The notes below the pieces were generated by a model. The model searched no databases. It had not been told where the DNA came from and saw nothing but the letters and a program-made list of their open reading frames with translations. A stretch of 64,000 nt of DNA from Desulfobacca sp. (GTDB lineage Bacteria; Desulfobacterota; Desulfobaccia; Desulfobaccales; Desulfobaccaceae): positions 97 through 64,096 of the forward strand of contig DYEV01000036.1 of assembly GCA_020725545.1 (NCBI GenBank), in the 5' to 3' direction. This document shows positions 19,031 through 28,400 of the stretch, piece by piece. Position numbers and translations under genes: made by a program. Position 1 is the stretch's first letter. Each line of letters begins with the position of its first letter.

Positions 19031-19537
19031 TTATTTGTTGAAAGCGGCCTTGACTTTGTCCGTGATATCAATGCTGGGATCAAAGCCGACCACCACCCGC
19101 TTGTCCAGGACAACGGTATAGCCGTTTTCCTTGGCGATGTCGTTCACCACTTTGGCGAATTTATCGTAGAGAGGCTTGAATTCCTTTTCCTCGAGTTTGG
19201 CCAGTTCCTGCTGGGAGGCCCCCACCTTCTGCTGCAACTCCATCTGCTTCTTGCTGAACTCTTCCTCTTTCTTTTTGCGGGCCTCTTCCTTCATGACCAC
19301 GGCCTGCTTCTGATAGGCTTCCACCTCTTTGCCGAATTCTGTCCGCTGGCGCTCCAATTCCTTGCCCAGTTCCTGACCTTTGCGCTTCAGGGTCTCCTGG
19401 GCCTTTTTGCCTTCCGGCGAATTAAAAATGATCTCGCCCATGTCCACGACGGCAATCTTGACTTCGGCCTTGGCTACGGCCGGCATCATCAGGCTGACGA
19501 TCAGGGCACTGCACACCAACCATTTGTTGAACTTCAT
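19031..19537 (-). CDS. skp: periplasmic chaperone OmpH/Skp
   Basis: 168 aa with a signal peptide and a lysine/glutamate-rich coiled-coil. It holds the conserved position between bamA and lpxD. Confidence 0.8.
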   Translation of the reverse strand: MKFNKWLVCSALIVSLMMPAVAKAEVKIAVVDMGEIIFNSPEGKKAQETLKRKGQELGKELERQRTEFGKEVEAYQKQAVVMKEEARKKKEEEFSKKQMELQQKVGASQQELAKLEEKEFKPLYDKFAKVVNDIAKENGYTVVLDKRVVVGFDPSIDITDKVKAAFNK

Positions 19538-19645
19538 TGCTTTCTCCTCAAAGTTTATAATATTATGAGCACATCCGCTTGCCGATATCTAACGGGATGT
19601 CTGTCTGGCATCGGCCCGGCACCGCTCTGTTCCGCATTGCTGATC

Positions 19646-22288
19646 TTAGAATTGCCCACCAATGGAGAAGTCAAAGGCACTCTTGCGGTCGTAGGATTTG
19701 GGATTGAGGTTATAGCCCCATTCCAGGCGTAAGGGACCCAGGGGTGAGAACCACCGGATGCCGGTACCGACGCTGGTCCGCATGCTGCTGAAATACGACC
19801 GACCGGAGCCATAGACATCACCGGAGTCCATGAAGATCACCCCCGTAAGGCCGGCTTTTTTATAAATGGGGTAGCGCCACTCCACATTGACAAACTGGAA
19901 TTTGTCGCCGCCGATGCGCTCACCGGTGACAGGATCCCTGGGACTGATTTCCGCATATTTATATCCCCGGATGGTATCGATGCCGCCCAGATAGAACTTT
20001 TCGTAGGCCGGCAGGGCGCCCCAGGAGTTGCGGCTCATATAGCCGATGCGGCCGTGGAGCACGCCCACCGTCTCCCAGAACAGGGGGAAATACCAGCCGC
20101 TGTCCAAGACCAGGCGGGTAAAGGCGGCGTCGCCGCCCAGGCCGGCCAGTTCCACCGCCAGACTATTGTCCGAACCTTTGGTCGGGGTGAAAATGGCATC
20201 CCGGGAATCCCGCCGAATGGTCAGAGACGTGGCACTAGTGTTTTTGATCTTGGCCGCGTCCAGCAATATCTGGGAAGAGTAGGGCGACAGATCATTGAGC
20301 GCGGTATTCTCATACCGGTACATCCACAGGAGATAGGTATATTCCCACCGCAAAGGATGGCCCAGGCGGAGGCTGCCGCCGGCGCTGCGCCGGGTATACT
20401 CCAGGAACTGACGTTCCCAATTATAGGCATCGACGCCAAAGCTGAGGGGGCGGTCAAAGAGATATGGTTCGGTGAAACTCAATCGGTAACGCCGGGATAG
20501 CGAGCCGAGCGCCGCCTGAGCCCGCAGTTGCTGGCCGCGACCGAAAAGATTGGATTGGGAAATCTCCACCATACCAATAATGCGATCTTGGGTGCTATAG
20601 CCGGCCCCGATCCCGAACTGCCCGGTGGGACGCTCTTTGACGTTGATCGTCAGGTTCACCTTATCCGGGGCACTACCGGGGCTGGTGCTGAAATTAACAT
20701 CTTCAAAAAATTCCAGGCGCCTCAGGTTCTGGGTGCTCTTTTTGATCTTGCTGGCGGAGAAGAGATCCTGCTCATAGACGCGCAGCTCCCGGCGGATGAC
20801 CTTGTCCCGGGTCTTCACATTGCCGACGATTTCGATGCGCTCAAAATAAACCTTCTCACCTTTCATAATGTCGAAGGTGATGTCTATGGTCCGATCCGCT
20901 TCGTGTTCCTTCAGCATCGGATTAATATCCGCATTGGCGTAGCCTTGGTCGGCATAGAGGTCGCCCAAGGTGGTCAAGTCTTTTTGAATAGCTTCCCGAC
21001 TGTAGACCTTGCCAGGGCTGATAGCCAGCTTTTTCTGCAGGGCGGCCGGCTCCTCCAGGAGATCCCCGTGAAAGTCCACTTTCCCCACCCGGTATTGGGG
21101 ACCTTCCTCTATGGGGATGGTAATGTAGATGCCCTTGGCCGTCACCTCAACCTTGGGCTCCCCGATCTTGGCCTTAATATAGCCGTGATTAAAATAAAAG
21201 GCCGACAATTTCTCCAAATCCCGTTCCAAGGCATCCTGTTTAATGATCCCCCGGCCGGTGAAGACGCTGATAATATTCTTGGGTTTGAGTTCCATGACCT
21301 TACGGAGTTCTTTGCTGCTGAACGCGGCATTGCCTTCAAAATTTATCTGCCGGACATAAACCTTGCCCTTTTCGGCCACCTCGAGGATGAGATTTACTTC
21401 GGTGGGAGTAATGGGTTCCAAGTGATAGGTGATCTCGGCTTCATAGAAGCCCTTCTCCCGATACATGGCCTTGACTTTGTGGATGGCATCTTTGATGGTA
21501 GCTTCCGAGGCAATGCTGTAAGGCTTGATTTCAAGAACTTCCTGGATTTTTTTGGTCTTGATCTTCTTGTTGCCGCGCACGATAATGCTGCTGATGGAGG
21601 GCTTTTCCTGCAAGATAAAGGTGACGACCCGGCCGGCGCTGGTATCGCTTACGTCAATTTTGATATCCGTAAAGGAGCCCAAATTATAAAGGGCTCTCAG
21701 GTCGTCCCGCAGGGTGACGGTGTTGGTCAATTCCCCGGGACGGGTCTGGATCGTGGCCATGAGGGTTTCCTTCTCCACCCTGCGGTTCCCTTTGAATTCG
21801 ACCTTGGCGATCCTCTCCTGCCCCAGGATCTTGAATCCGGCATCCTTGGCGATCTGGTTGGCCATCTGAGTCAAGGCGGCAAGGCCCACCCCTTCCTGCT
21901 TAAAAATGGTCGGCGGCAGTTTCCCCGTTAAATCGACAAGTTGACCTTCAATGGCCACCGTCGGGCCGATCTTAATAATGGAACCGGTGAGGATGACATC
22001 AGCGCCCAATCTCTTCCCTAAATCGGCGGCCGCGGGGCCGGTCGGGGGCGGGCCGGCGCCGATTTCCCGCTCCAATTCAGATTTACTGGCAACACCAAAA
22101 CCTTCTTTTTCCAAATACTCAATGATGGTGGTTTGGACTTTCTCCGCCACCCCGGGCAATGGTTCTTTGCTGAGCAGGGCAAAGGGTAAAACTGCCACCC
22201 GTTTTACCGTGATATCCTGAGAACCGGCCGGGATGGCTGCCAGCAAGCAGATAAGGGTTGCCAAAATGACCTTATTCACGTCTGCCAC
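19646..22288 (-). CDS. bamA: outer membrane protein assembly factor BamA with an extra N-terminal domain
   Basis: 880 aa with a GTG start 1 nt after the lolD stop. POTRA repeats begin near aa 160 (IAKVEFKGNRRV...). The C-terminal Omp85 barrel ends FDFSIGGQF. Residues about 25-158 form an additional domain. Confidence 0.9.
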   Translation of the reverse strand: MADVNKVILATLICLLAAIPAGSQDITVKRVAVLPFALLSKEPLPGVAEKVQTTIIEYLEKEGFGVASKSELEREIGAGPPPTGPAAADLGKRLGADVILTGSIIKIGPTVAIEGQLVDLTGKLPPTIFKQEGVGLAALTQMANQIAKDAGFKILGQERIAKVEFKGNRRVEKETLMATIQTRPGELTNTVTLRDDLRALYNLGSFTDIKIDVSDTSAGRVVTFILQEKPSISSIIVRGNKKIKTKKIQEVLEIKPYSIASEATIKDAIHKVKAMYREKGFYEAEITYHLEPITPTEVNLILEVAEKGKVYVRQINFEGNAAFSSKELRKVMELKPKNIISVFTGRGIIKQDALERDLEKLSAFYFNHGYIKAKIGEPKVEVTAKGIYITIPIEEGPQYRVGKVDFHGDLLEEPAALQKKLAISPGKVYSREAIQKDLTTLGDLYADQGYANADINPMLKEHEADRTIDITFDIMKGEKVYFERIEIVGNVKTRDKVIRRELRVYEQDLFSASKIKKSTQNLRRLEFFEDVNFSTSPGSAPDKVNLTINVKERPTGQFGIGAGYSTQDRIIGMVEISQSNLFGRGQQLRAQAALGSLSRRYRLSFTEPYLFDRPLSFGVDAYNWERQFLEYTRRSAGGSLRLGHPLRWEYTYLLWMYRYENTALNDLSPYSSQILLDAAKIKNTSATSLTIRRDSRDAIFTPTKGSDNSLAVELAGLGGDAAFTRLVLDSGWYFPLFWETVGVLHGRIGYMSRNSWGALPAYEKFYLGGIDTIRGYKYAEISPRDPVTGERIGGDKFQFVNVEWRYPIYKKAGLTGVIFMDSGDVYGSGRSYFSSMRTSVGTGIRWFSPLGPLRLEWGYNLNPKSYDRKSAFDFSIGGQF

Positions 22289-22289
22289 C

Positions 22290-23018
22290 TCATCGCTGGT
22301 CGTTGGGCAGTCTGAAAACTTTGCCGTCGCGGATGGTTATCTGATAGGACAAGAGCGCCGCCAGTTCCAGATTATGGGTCACCACCACAGTTGTCAAGCC
22401 TTTTTCCTGGTTAAGGTGGGCCAGCAGATCATGCACTTGGCGGCCGCTGCGGGGATCCAAGTTGCCGGTGGGCTCATCGGCCAACAGGACATCCGGCGCC
22501 ATAACCAAGGCCCGGGCCACCGCCACCCGTTGTTGTTCGCCGCCGGAAAGGGCGCCGATCCGATGGTGTTGGCGATCTTGCAACCCCACCTGCACTAATA
22601 ATTCCTCCGCCCGCTCCTGGGCCTTAGCCCGGGGCAAGCGGGCAATGAGGGCCGGCAGCATGACATTTTCCAGGGCATCAAACTCCGGCAGGAGATGGTG
22701 AAACTGAAAGACAAAACCGATGCGGCGATTCCGAAAAGCCGCCAATTGCTCATCATTTAAGGCAAAAACATCGGTCCCCTGCCACAACAGGCTGCCGGCG
22801 TCGGGCCGCTCCAGCGTCCCCAGGATATGCAGGAGAGTGGACTTGCCCACCCCCGAGGCGCCTACAATGGCCACGCTGTCACCGGCGTGAATCTCCAGAT
22901 CCACGCCGTCCAAAACATCCACCCGGTTGCCGTTGGAAACAAAAAATTTCACGATATTCCGGGCCTGAATGAGCGGGCTCGCTGCCGGCTGGAGATTTTT
23001 TTTTGACATTCTCACCAA
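22290..23018 (-). CDS. lolD: lipoprotein-releasing ABC transporter ATP-binding protein
   Basis: Walker A GASGVGKST, signature LSGGEQQRVAVARAL and Walker B LLADEPTGNLD. It lies downstream of a LolC/E-type permease gene. Confidence 0.82.
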   Translation of the reverse strand: MVRMSKKNLQPAASPLIQARNIVKFFVSNGNRVDVLDGVDLEIHAGDSVAIVGASGVGKSTLLHILGTLERPDAGSLLWQGTDVFALNDEQLAAFRNRRIGFVFQFHHLLPEFDALENVMLPALIARLPRAKAQERAEELLVQVGLQDRQHHRIGALSGGEQQRVAVARALVMAPDVLLADEPTGNLDPRSGRQVHDLLAHLNQEKGLTTVVVTHNLELAALLSYQITIRDGKVFRLPNDQR

Positions 23019-23039
23019 CTAATTGCCATTACTTGTCTA

Positions 23040-23225
23040 ATTCGCCATAGAGCCAGGGACGAGGGCCAGCCCTCGGCTCACCCCGGGCCTCTGGTCCCTG
23101 GCCCCGCAGCAGTTAGAGGCCGAGACGAGTTCTTTTACCGGAAATTGGCAACCGAAAACCAAAATTTGTCCCCGAGCCGATGGCTCAGGGGCGATCAGCC
23201 TCTGGGCGCCACCTCCCACCTGGGT
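23040..23225. repeat. structured GC-rich spacer between lolC/E and lolD
   Basis: 9-bp stem GCCAGGGAC (23052-23060) / GTCCCTGGC (23094-23102) encloses GAGGGC-ca-GCCCTC (23061-23074). There is no credible ORF. Confidence 0.5.
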
Positions 23226-23227
23226 CA

Positions 23228-24457
23228 TCAGCCATAGCGGATGGCTTCCACCGGGTCCAGGCGGGAAGCCTGCCAGGAGGGATAGAGCGTGGCCAGGAAA
23301 CTGATCAACATTGTGGCACCGGCGATGAGGGCCACGTCCAAAACCTCGATTTTGACGGGCAGCGTCGAAATATAATAGACATCGCTGGGCAGCTTGATGA
23401 ATTCATAGCGTTTCAGGATGGCGGTCAGCACAAACCCGAGGCATAGACCGATCGCCGTGCCGATGGCACCGATAATCACCCCCTGCAGCATGAAGATCTG
23501 CATGATGCTCCGGCGGGTGGCGCCCATTGATTTTAATATGGCGATATCTTTGGTTTTTTCCATGACCAACATGATCAGCGAGCTGGTGATATTGAACGCC
23601 GCCACCAGGACAATCAGGGTCAGGATGATGAACATGGCGATCTTTTCCAGCTTTAGGGCGGCAAAGAGGCTGCGGTTTAGACGCATCCAGTCCCGGGTAT
23701 CATAGGCGGGGCCCAGTTTGGCTTTAATGGCCGCGGCGACTTTGTCGGCCGCGTAGATATCTTTCACCTGGATTTCCAGACCGGTAACCTTGCCCTCCAG
23801 TCCCAGATAATTCTGGACCTGAGGAATGCTGGCATAGACCAGCGTATTATCAAATTCAAACATGCCGGAGTGAAAGATGGCCCCCACCTGAAAATTTTTG
23901 ATCCGGGGCATCCGGCCCATGGGCGTCAGGGTGCCTAAAGGGGAAATTATCTTGATCTGGCTGCCGACGGTGGCGCCGATATTCTTGGCCAGTTCGTTGC
24001 CCAAGGCCACTTCCGGGAGTTCGCCTTCGGCCTCGCGGGCCAGATTTTGAAACGTGCCGGCCTGCAGTTCCAGGGCCGGCGGCCCGCCTTTGTCAATGGT
24101 CGGCAGGTCCAGACCCCGGATCACGCCGCCAGAGATGCTGCCCGGACCGGAGACCATGACCTGGGTATAAATAAAGGGCTTGGCCGACACCACCCCCGGC
24201 ACGGTTTCCACCTCCCGCACCAGGGATTCGTAGTCTTCCAGGCTGTAACCCGGTTTGATGAGGATGACGTGGGCGTTGACGCTCAGGATCTTTTTCTTCA
24301 GGTCCTGATCAAAGCCGGTCATGACACCGATGACCACCAACAGGGCCATCACCCCCACGGCCACGCCGGCGATGGAGATGAAAGAAATGAGGGAAATAAA
24401 TTTTTCCTTGCGTTTGGCCCGGAGATAGCGGAACGCCACCATGTGCTCAAAGGGCAT
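23228..24457 (-). CDS. lolC: lipoprotein-releasing system permease LolC/LolE family
   Basis: 409 aa, MPFEHMVAFRYLRAKRKEKFISLISFISIAGVAVGV..., with an FtsX C-terminus ending DPVEAIRYG. Confidence 0.85.
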   Translation of the reverse strand: MPFEHMVAFRYLRAKRKEKFISLISFISIAGVAVGVMALLVVIGVMTGFDQDLKKKILSVNAHVILIKPGYSLEDYESLVREVETVPGVVSAKPFIYTQVMVSGPGSISGGVIRGLDLPTIDKGGPPALELQAGTFQNLAREAEGELPEVALGNELAKNIGATVGSQIKIISPLGTLTPMGRMPRIKNFQVGAIFHSGMFEFDNTLVYASIPQVQNYLGLEGKVTGLEIQVKDIYAADKVAAAIKAKLGPAYDTRDWMRLNRSLFAALKLEKIAMFIILTLIVLVAAFNITSSLIMLVMEKTKDIAILKSMGATRRSIMQIFMLQGVIIGAIGTAIGLCLGFVLTAILKRYEFIKLPSDVYYISTLPVKIEVLDVALIAGATMLISFLATLYPSWQASRLDPVEAIRYG

Positions 24458-24462
24458 CGGGG

Positions 24463-25950
24463 TTACCCTTCCGGCCGCAGTTGCGGGAATAAAATGACGT
24501 CGCGGATGGACGGCGCGTCGGTCAGGAGCATCACCAGGCGATCGATGCCAATGCCAGCCCCGGCCGCCGGCGGCATGCCATACTCCAAGGCCAGGACAAA
24601 ATCTTCATCCATAAAATGGGCCTCTTCGTTGCCCGCATCCCGGGCCGCCACCTGTTTTAAAAACCGCTGGCGTTGGTCCTCCGGATCGTTCAGTTCGGAA
24701 AAGCCGTTGGCAATCTCACGGCCGGCGATGAACAATTCAAAGCGGTCGGCCACCTCGGGATCATGCTGATTCCGTCGGGACAGGGGCGAAATTTCAATGG
24801 GAAAGCCGGTAATAAAGGTGGGCTGGATGAGTTTCGGCTCCACCCGCAGGTCGAAGAGTTTGGCCATGGCCCGGCCATACCCTTCCCCCGGCCGCAGGGT
24901 GACGCCCTGATCCAGAGCCAGTTTGACCAGGGCCTCCCGATCCTGAACGATCTCTGCGGGGATCTCTCCCACTGCCGTCAAGGATTCGGCCATGGCCAGC
25001 CGGCGCCAGGGGGGGGTCAGATCAATCTCCTGCCCCTGATAGAGGATCTTGCCGGTGCCATAGAGGTCCAGAGCCAGAGCCGAGCACATCTCCTCGATGA
25101 GGTGCATCAGGTCCTGGTATTCAGCATAGGCCTGATAAAACTCCATCATGGTGAATTCGGGATTGTGTTGGGTGGAGATGCCTTCATTGCGAAAATTGCG
25201 GTTGATCTCAAAAACCCGCTGAAAGCCGCCCACCAGGAGCCGCTTGAGATAGAGTTCCGGGGCAATGCGCAAATACAGGGGCATGGCCAGGACATTATGA
25301 TAGGTCTGAAAGGGCCGGGCCGTGGCGCCGCCGGGAATGGGCTGCATCATGGGGGTTTCCACTTCCAGGAAGCCCCGCTGATCCATGAAATCCCGGAGGA
25401 AGCGGATGATGTGGGACCGACGGAAAAAAACCTCCCTGACCTCGGGATTGACCATCAGGTCCACGTAACGGCGGCGATAGCGCAGTTCAACGTCGGTAAG
25501 GCCATGGTATTTCTCGGGCAGGGGCTGGATGGCCTTGGTCACCAGGACAAAGTTCTGCACTGCCAAGGTTAGTTCATCGGTTTTGGTGCGAAACAACCGG
25601 CCGCTGAGGCCAATGATATCGCCCAGATCAAGCTGCTTAAAAAAGGTATAGGCCTCGGGCCCTACTTCCTGACGTTGGATATATCCCTGCAACCGGCCGC
25701 TGTCGTCCTGAAAATGAAAAAAGGTGGCCTTGCCGAACTGCCGCATGAGCATGAGGCGGCCGGCCAGACTAAAGGTTTCGTTCAAACCTTCCAGTTCCGC
25801 CTGGCCGAGCCGGCCATAGGCCGCAATCAGGTCAGCCACCCGGTGTTGGGGCCGAAAGGTGTTGGCAAATGGTTCAATACCCGCAGCCCGCAGTGCCCGG
25901 ATCTTTTCCCGGCGCTGCCGGATGATGGTTGGTTCGTCTGGCATGCTCAT
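24463..25950 (-). CDS. lysS: lysine--tRNA ligase (class II)
   Basis: 495 aa with an OB anticodon-binding domain and class II motifs (FLEVETPMM, FRNEGIS, GIGIDRLVMLL). Confidence 0.95.
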   Translation of the reverse strand: MSMPDEPTIIRQRREKIRALRAAGIEPFANTFRPQHRVADLIAAYGRLGQAELEGLNETFSLAGRLMLMRQFGKATFFHFQDDSGRLQGYIQRQEVGPEAYTFFKQLDLGDIIGLSGRLFRTKTDELTLAVQNFVLVTKAIQPLPEKYHGLTDVELRYRRRYVDLMVNPEVREVFFRRSHIIRFLRDFMDQRGFLEVETPMMQPIPGGATARPFQTYHNVLAMPLYLRIAPELYLKRLLVGGFQRVFEINRNFRNEGISTQHNPEFTMMEFYQAYAEYQDLMHLIEEMCSALALDLYGTGKILYQGQEIDLTPPWRRLAMAESLTAVGEIPAEIVQDREALVKLALDQGVTLRPGEGYGRAMAKLFDLRVEPKLIQPTFITGFPIEISPLSRRNQHDPEVADRFELFIAGREIANGFSELNDPEDQRQRFLKQVAARDAGNEEAHFMDEDFVLALEYGMPPAAGAGIGIDRLVMLLTDAPSIRDVILFPQLRPEG

Positions 25951-26537
25951 TCCTCACCGGGACACCCCTGTCGGCAAAGCGCCAGGGGCACCGACCCGAA
26001 ACAACCCTGAGCAAGGCTATGGACAGGATGATTTGGCGCGGAGGCTTCGAGTCCCGGAGTTGAGTTCTTCATGATGTGTCAATAACGTTAGAAATTTAGA
26101 ATATCATCACCGTGAAGTCAAGCGAATTCCCCTTTTTCCGCCCGAGGCAACTCAGAGTGGCGATCATCCTGGCATAAAGAGCAACGTACCGACCTTCTTA
26201 AGGCGAGCCGTAGCTTGCAGCGGTTCTCCGGGCCGGTGACCGCTGAGGAATTAAGGCACCTGGAAGATATCATCAGCCGACCTCTCGGCACGGTTTTTCG
26301 GCTCTGGTGCGGCAACCGGTGGTGGATATCACCCAGGCAGCGTAGGCCATGGGGTGGCGGCAAGCCGCCAAGGATTTGGGGCCGCTGGGGGCTGGGATTA
26401 AGTGGAGCCTGCCATTACAGAAAATTCTTCGCTGCGCTCGGCATGCCCCCCACTAAAGGGCTGCTCAAGTCAAGAGCATTGCCCTCAACCCCTGGCAACC
26501 GGGTCTGCGGGCTGCGCCAACAGGTAAGCAGGGGAGG

Positions 26538-27689
26538 TCAGCCGATGCGCCGCAAACCTTCGGCAATGGAGAGACGGGCGGCCCGCCAGGCCGGAAAGAT
26601 GGCCGACACCAGGCCCACCATAAGAGCGATCACCAGGCAGATAAGCAGGGTCTGATCCGAGACATTGAAGACCCGGAAATAATTGCCCAGGGCCGTGCGG
26701 AAGTAATGGGCCGCGGGGAAGAGGGCGATGAGCCCCACGACGCCGCCCATGAGGGCAATGGCCACAGATTCACCGGCGATAAGGACCACCAGATGACGCC
26801 CCTGAAAGCCCAGGGTCTTGAGGACGGCATGCTCCTCCTGGCGCTCCCGGGCCGTCATCGCCATGGTATTGGCCAGCACGATGAGGATAATGGCGATGAC
26901 CACGTACGAAACGATCTGGATGGCCACAACAATGGCCTTGGTCATGGAGACAAAGCCCATCTGAAAGGCCTTCTCTGATTCCGTCAGGGTTTCGGCCAAA
27001 GAATTGCGGAAGGTGTCGTCGATTTGGGCGGCGATGAGGGGGGCCCGATCAATATCTTCCACCTGGGAGATGAACCACCCCACCTGATTGGCGATGGCCG
27101 GGGTGTTCTTGACCAGGGTCTCATTGACATAGTCCCAATGGAAGAAAAAGCGGGTTTCATCGGTGGTCTCTTCGGCCCCCTGATAGATGGCCCGCAGCAC
27201 CAGCTCCCAATTGCCGGGGAAGACGGTGCCCCGCAGGGTGATGATGTCCCCCAGACGCCAACCAAAGCGTTGGGCCAGTTTGCGGCCGGCCACACAGGCA
27301 TTGCGTTCTTTCAGGAGAGCCTGCCGCTGCTCCGGCGCAATAACAAATTCAGAATAGATATCTAAATAATTCTGCAGCTCGACGGCAAACTGCGGAAAGA
27401 AATTTTTCTCATCAATATAGACGCCGCCGAACCAATAGCCATAGGCCACCCGCTTGATCCCGGGGATAGCCTTGATTTTATTCAAGTAGGCCAACGGCAG
27501 CCGAAAGATCAAGGAGATGGCGTTGCGGGTGACCAAGCGGTCAGCGGCCGCGCCCTCCACCCCGGCATACCAGGCGTCCACGACTGTGCGCAGCAAACCG
27601 AACGAGAGGATGGCGATGGCCATCCCCAGGATGGTCAGGGCGGTGCGCAGTCGGTGGCGCAGACTATTGCGCAGGATCAGTTTGAACAT
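26538..27689 (-). CDS. ABC transporter permease (FtsX/MacB-type, separate from the ATPase)
   Basis: 383 aa with an N-terminal TM helix, a large periplasmic domain and a C-terminal FtsX 3-TM bundle ending LSIAEGLRRIG. Confidence 0.8.
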   Translation of the reverse strand: MFKLILRNSLRHRLRTALTILGMAIAILSFGLLRTVVDAWYAGVEGAAADRLVTRNAISLIFRLPLAYLNKIKAIPGIKRVAYGYWFGGVYIDEKNFFPQFAVELQNYLDIYSEFVIAPEQRQALLKERNACVAGRKLAQRFGWRLGDIITLRGTVFPGNWELVLRAIYQGAEETTDETRFFFHWDYVNETLVKNTPAIANQVGWFISQVEDIDRAPLIAAQIDDTFRNSLAETLTESEKAFQMGFVSMTKAIVVAIQIVSYVVIAIILIVLANTMAMTARERQEEHAVLKTLGFQGRHLVVLIAGESVAIALMGGVVGLIALFPAAHYFRTALGNYFRVFNVSDQTLLICLVIALMVGLVSAIFPAWRAARLSIAEGLRRIG

Positions 27690-27691
27690 GG

Positions 27692-28399
27692 CTAGCCCCC
27701 GGCCGCGCAGGCATTCAGGACCCCTTTATCCAGATGTTGCAGCCGGCTGGCCCGTTCTGCGGCCCGGGGGTCGTGGGTGACCATGATGATGGTTTTGCCC
27801 ATTTCCTGGTTGAGGCGGGTCAGCAGGTCCAAAACTTCTTGGGCTGACACTTTGTCCAAATCGCCGGTGGGTTCGTCCGCAGCGATGATGACCGGATCGG
27901 TGACGATGGCCCGGGCAATGGCGACCCGCTGTTGTTGACCGCCGGAAAGCTGCCGGGGGTAGTGGTCTTGGCGGTCGGCAATGCCCACGAGTCGCAGGGC
28001 CAATTCGGCGTGGGCGCGGCGTTCCCGCCGCGGCAGTTCCGAGAGCATGAGGGGCAGCTCCACGTTCTCCAGGGCGGTGAGAACGGGCACCAGGTTGTAA
28101 AACTGAAAGATGAAGCCCACATTGCGGTGCCGCCAGATGGCCAGTTCTGATTCGGACAGGCGGGAGATATCAACGCCGGCAATGCGCAGTGTGCCTTCAT
28201 CGGGGTGGTCGATGCCGGCGATGAGGTTGAGGAGCGTGGTCTTGCCGGAGCCGGACGGACCCATCAGGGCCAGAAATTCGCCGGCCTGAATGTTAAGACA
28301 GACGTGCTGCAGGACCGGGATGATCTGTGAGCCCCGGCGATAGGATTTGGTCAGGTTATCTATGGCCACCAGAATCGGTGGCGCTTCTCCCGTCGCCAT
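27692..28399 (-). CDS. ABC transporter ATP-binding protein (MacB/LolD-like)
   Basis: Walker [10 protein letters not shown], signature [15 protein letters not shown] and Walker [12 protein letters not shown]. Confidence 0.9.
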   Translation of the reverse strand: MATGEAPPILVAIDNLTKSYRRGSQIIPVLQHVCLNIQAGEFLALMGPSGSGKTTLLNLIAGIDHPDEGTLRIAGVDISRLSESELAIWRHRNVGFIFQFYNLVPVLTALENVELPLMLSELPRRERRAHAELALRLVGIADRQDHYPRQLSGGQQQRVAIARAIVTDPVIIAADEPTGDLDKVSAQEVLDLLTRLNQEMGKTIIMVTHDPRAAERASRLQHLDKGVLNACAAGG

Positions 28400-28400
28400 A

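Noticed and set aside
26116-26537. Track ORF 26215..26655 (+) (…FSGPVTAEELRHLEDIISRPLGTVFRLWCG…) as a gene or gene relic in the 587-bp lysS-upstream gap
   Set aside because: It has a TTG start and no RBS. It runs antisense into the well-supported permease gene. Most of its sequence is Arg/Gly/Trp/Pro-rich, as is typical of off-frame GC-rich DNA. Only about 30 residues look protein-like, which is insufficient.
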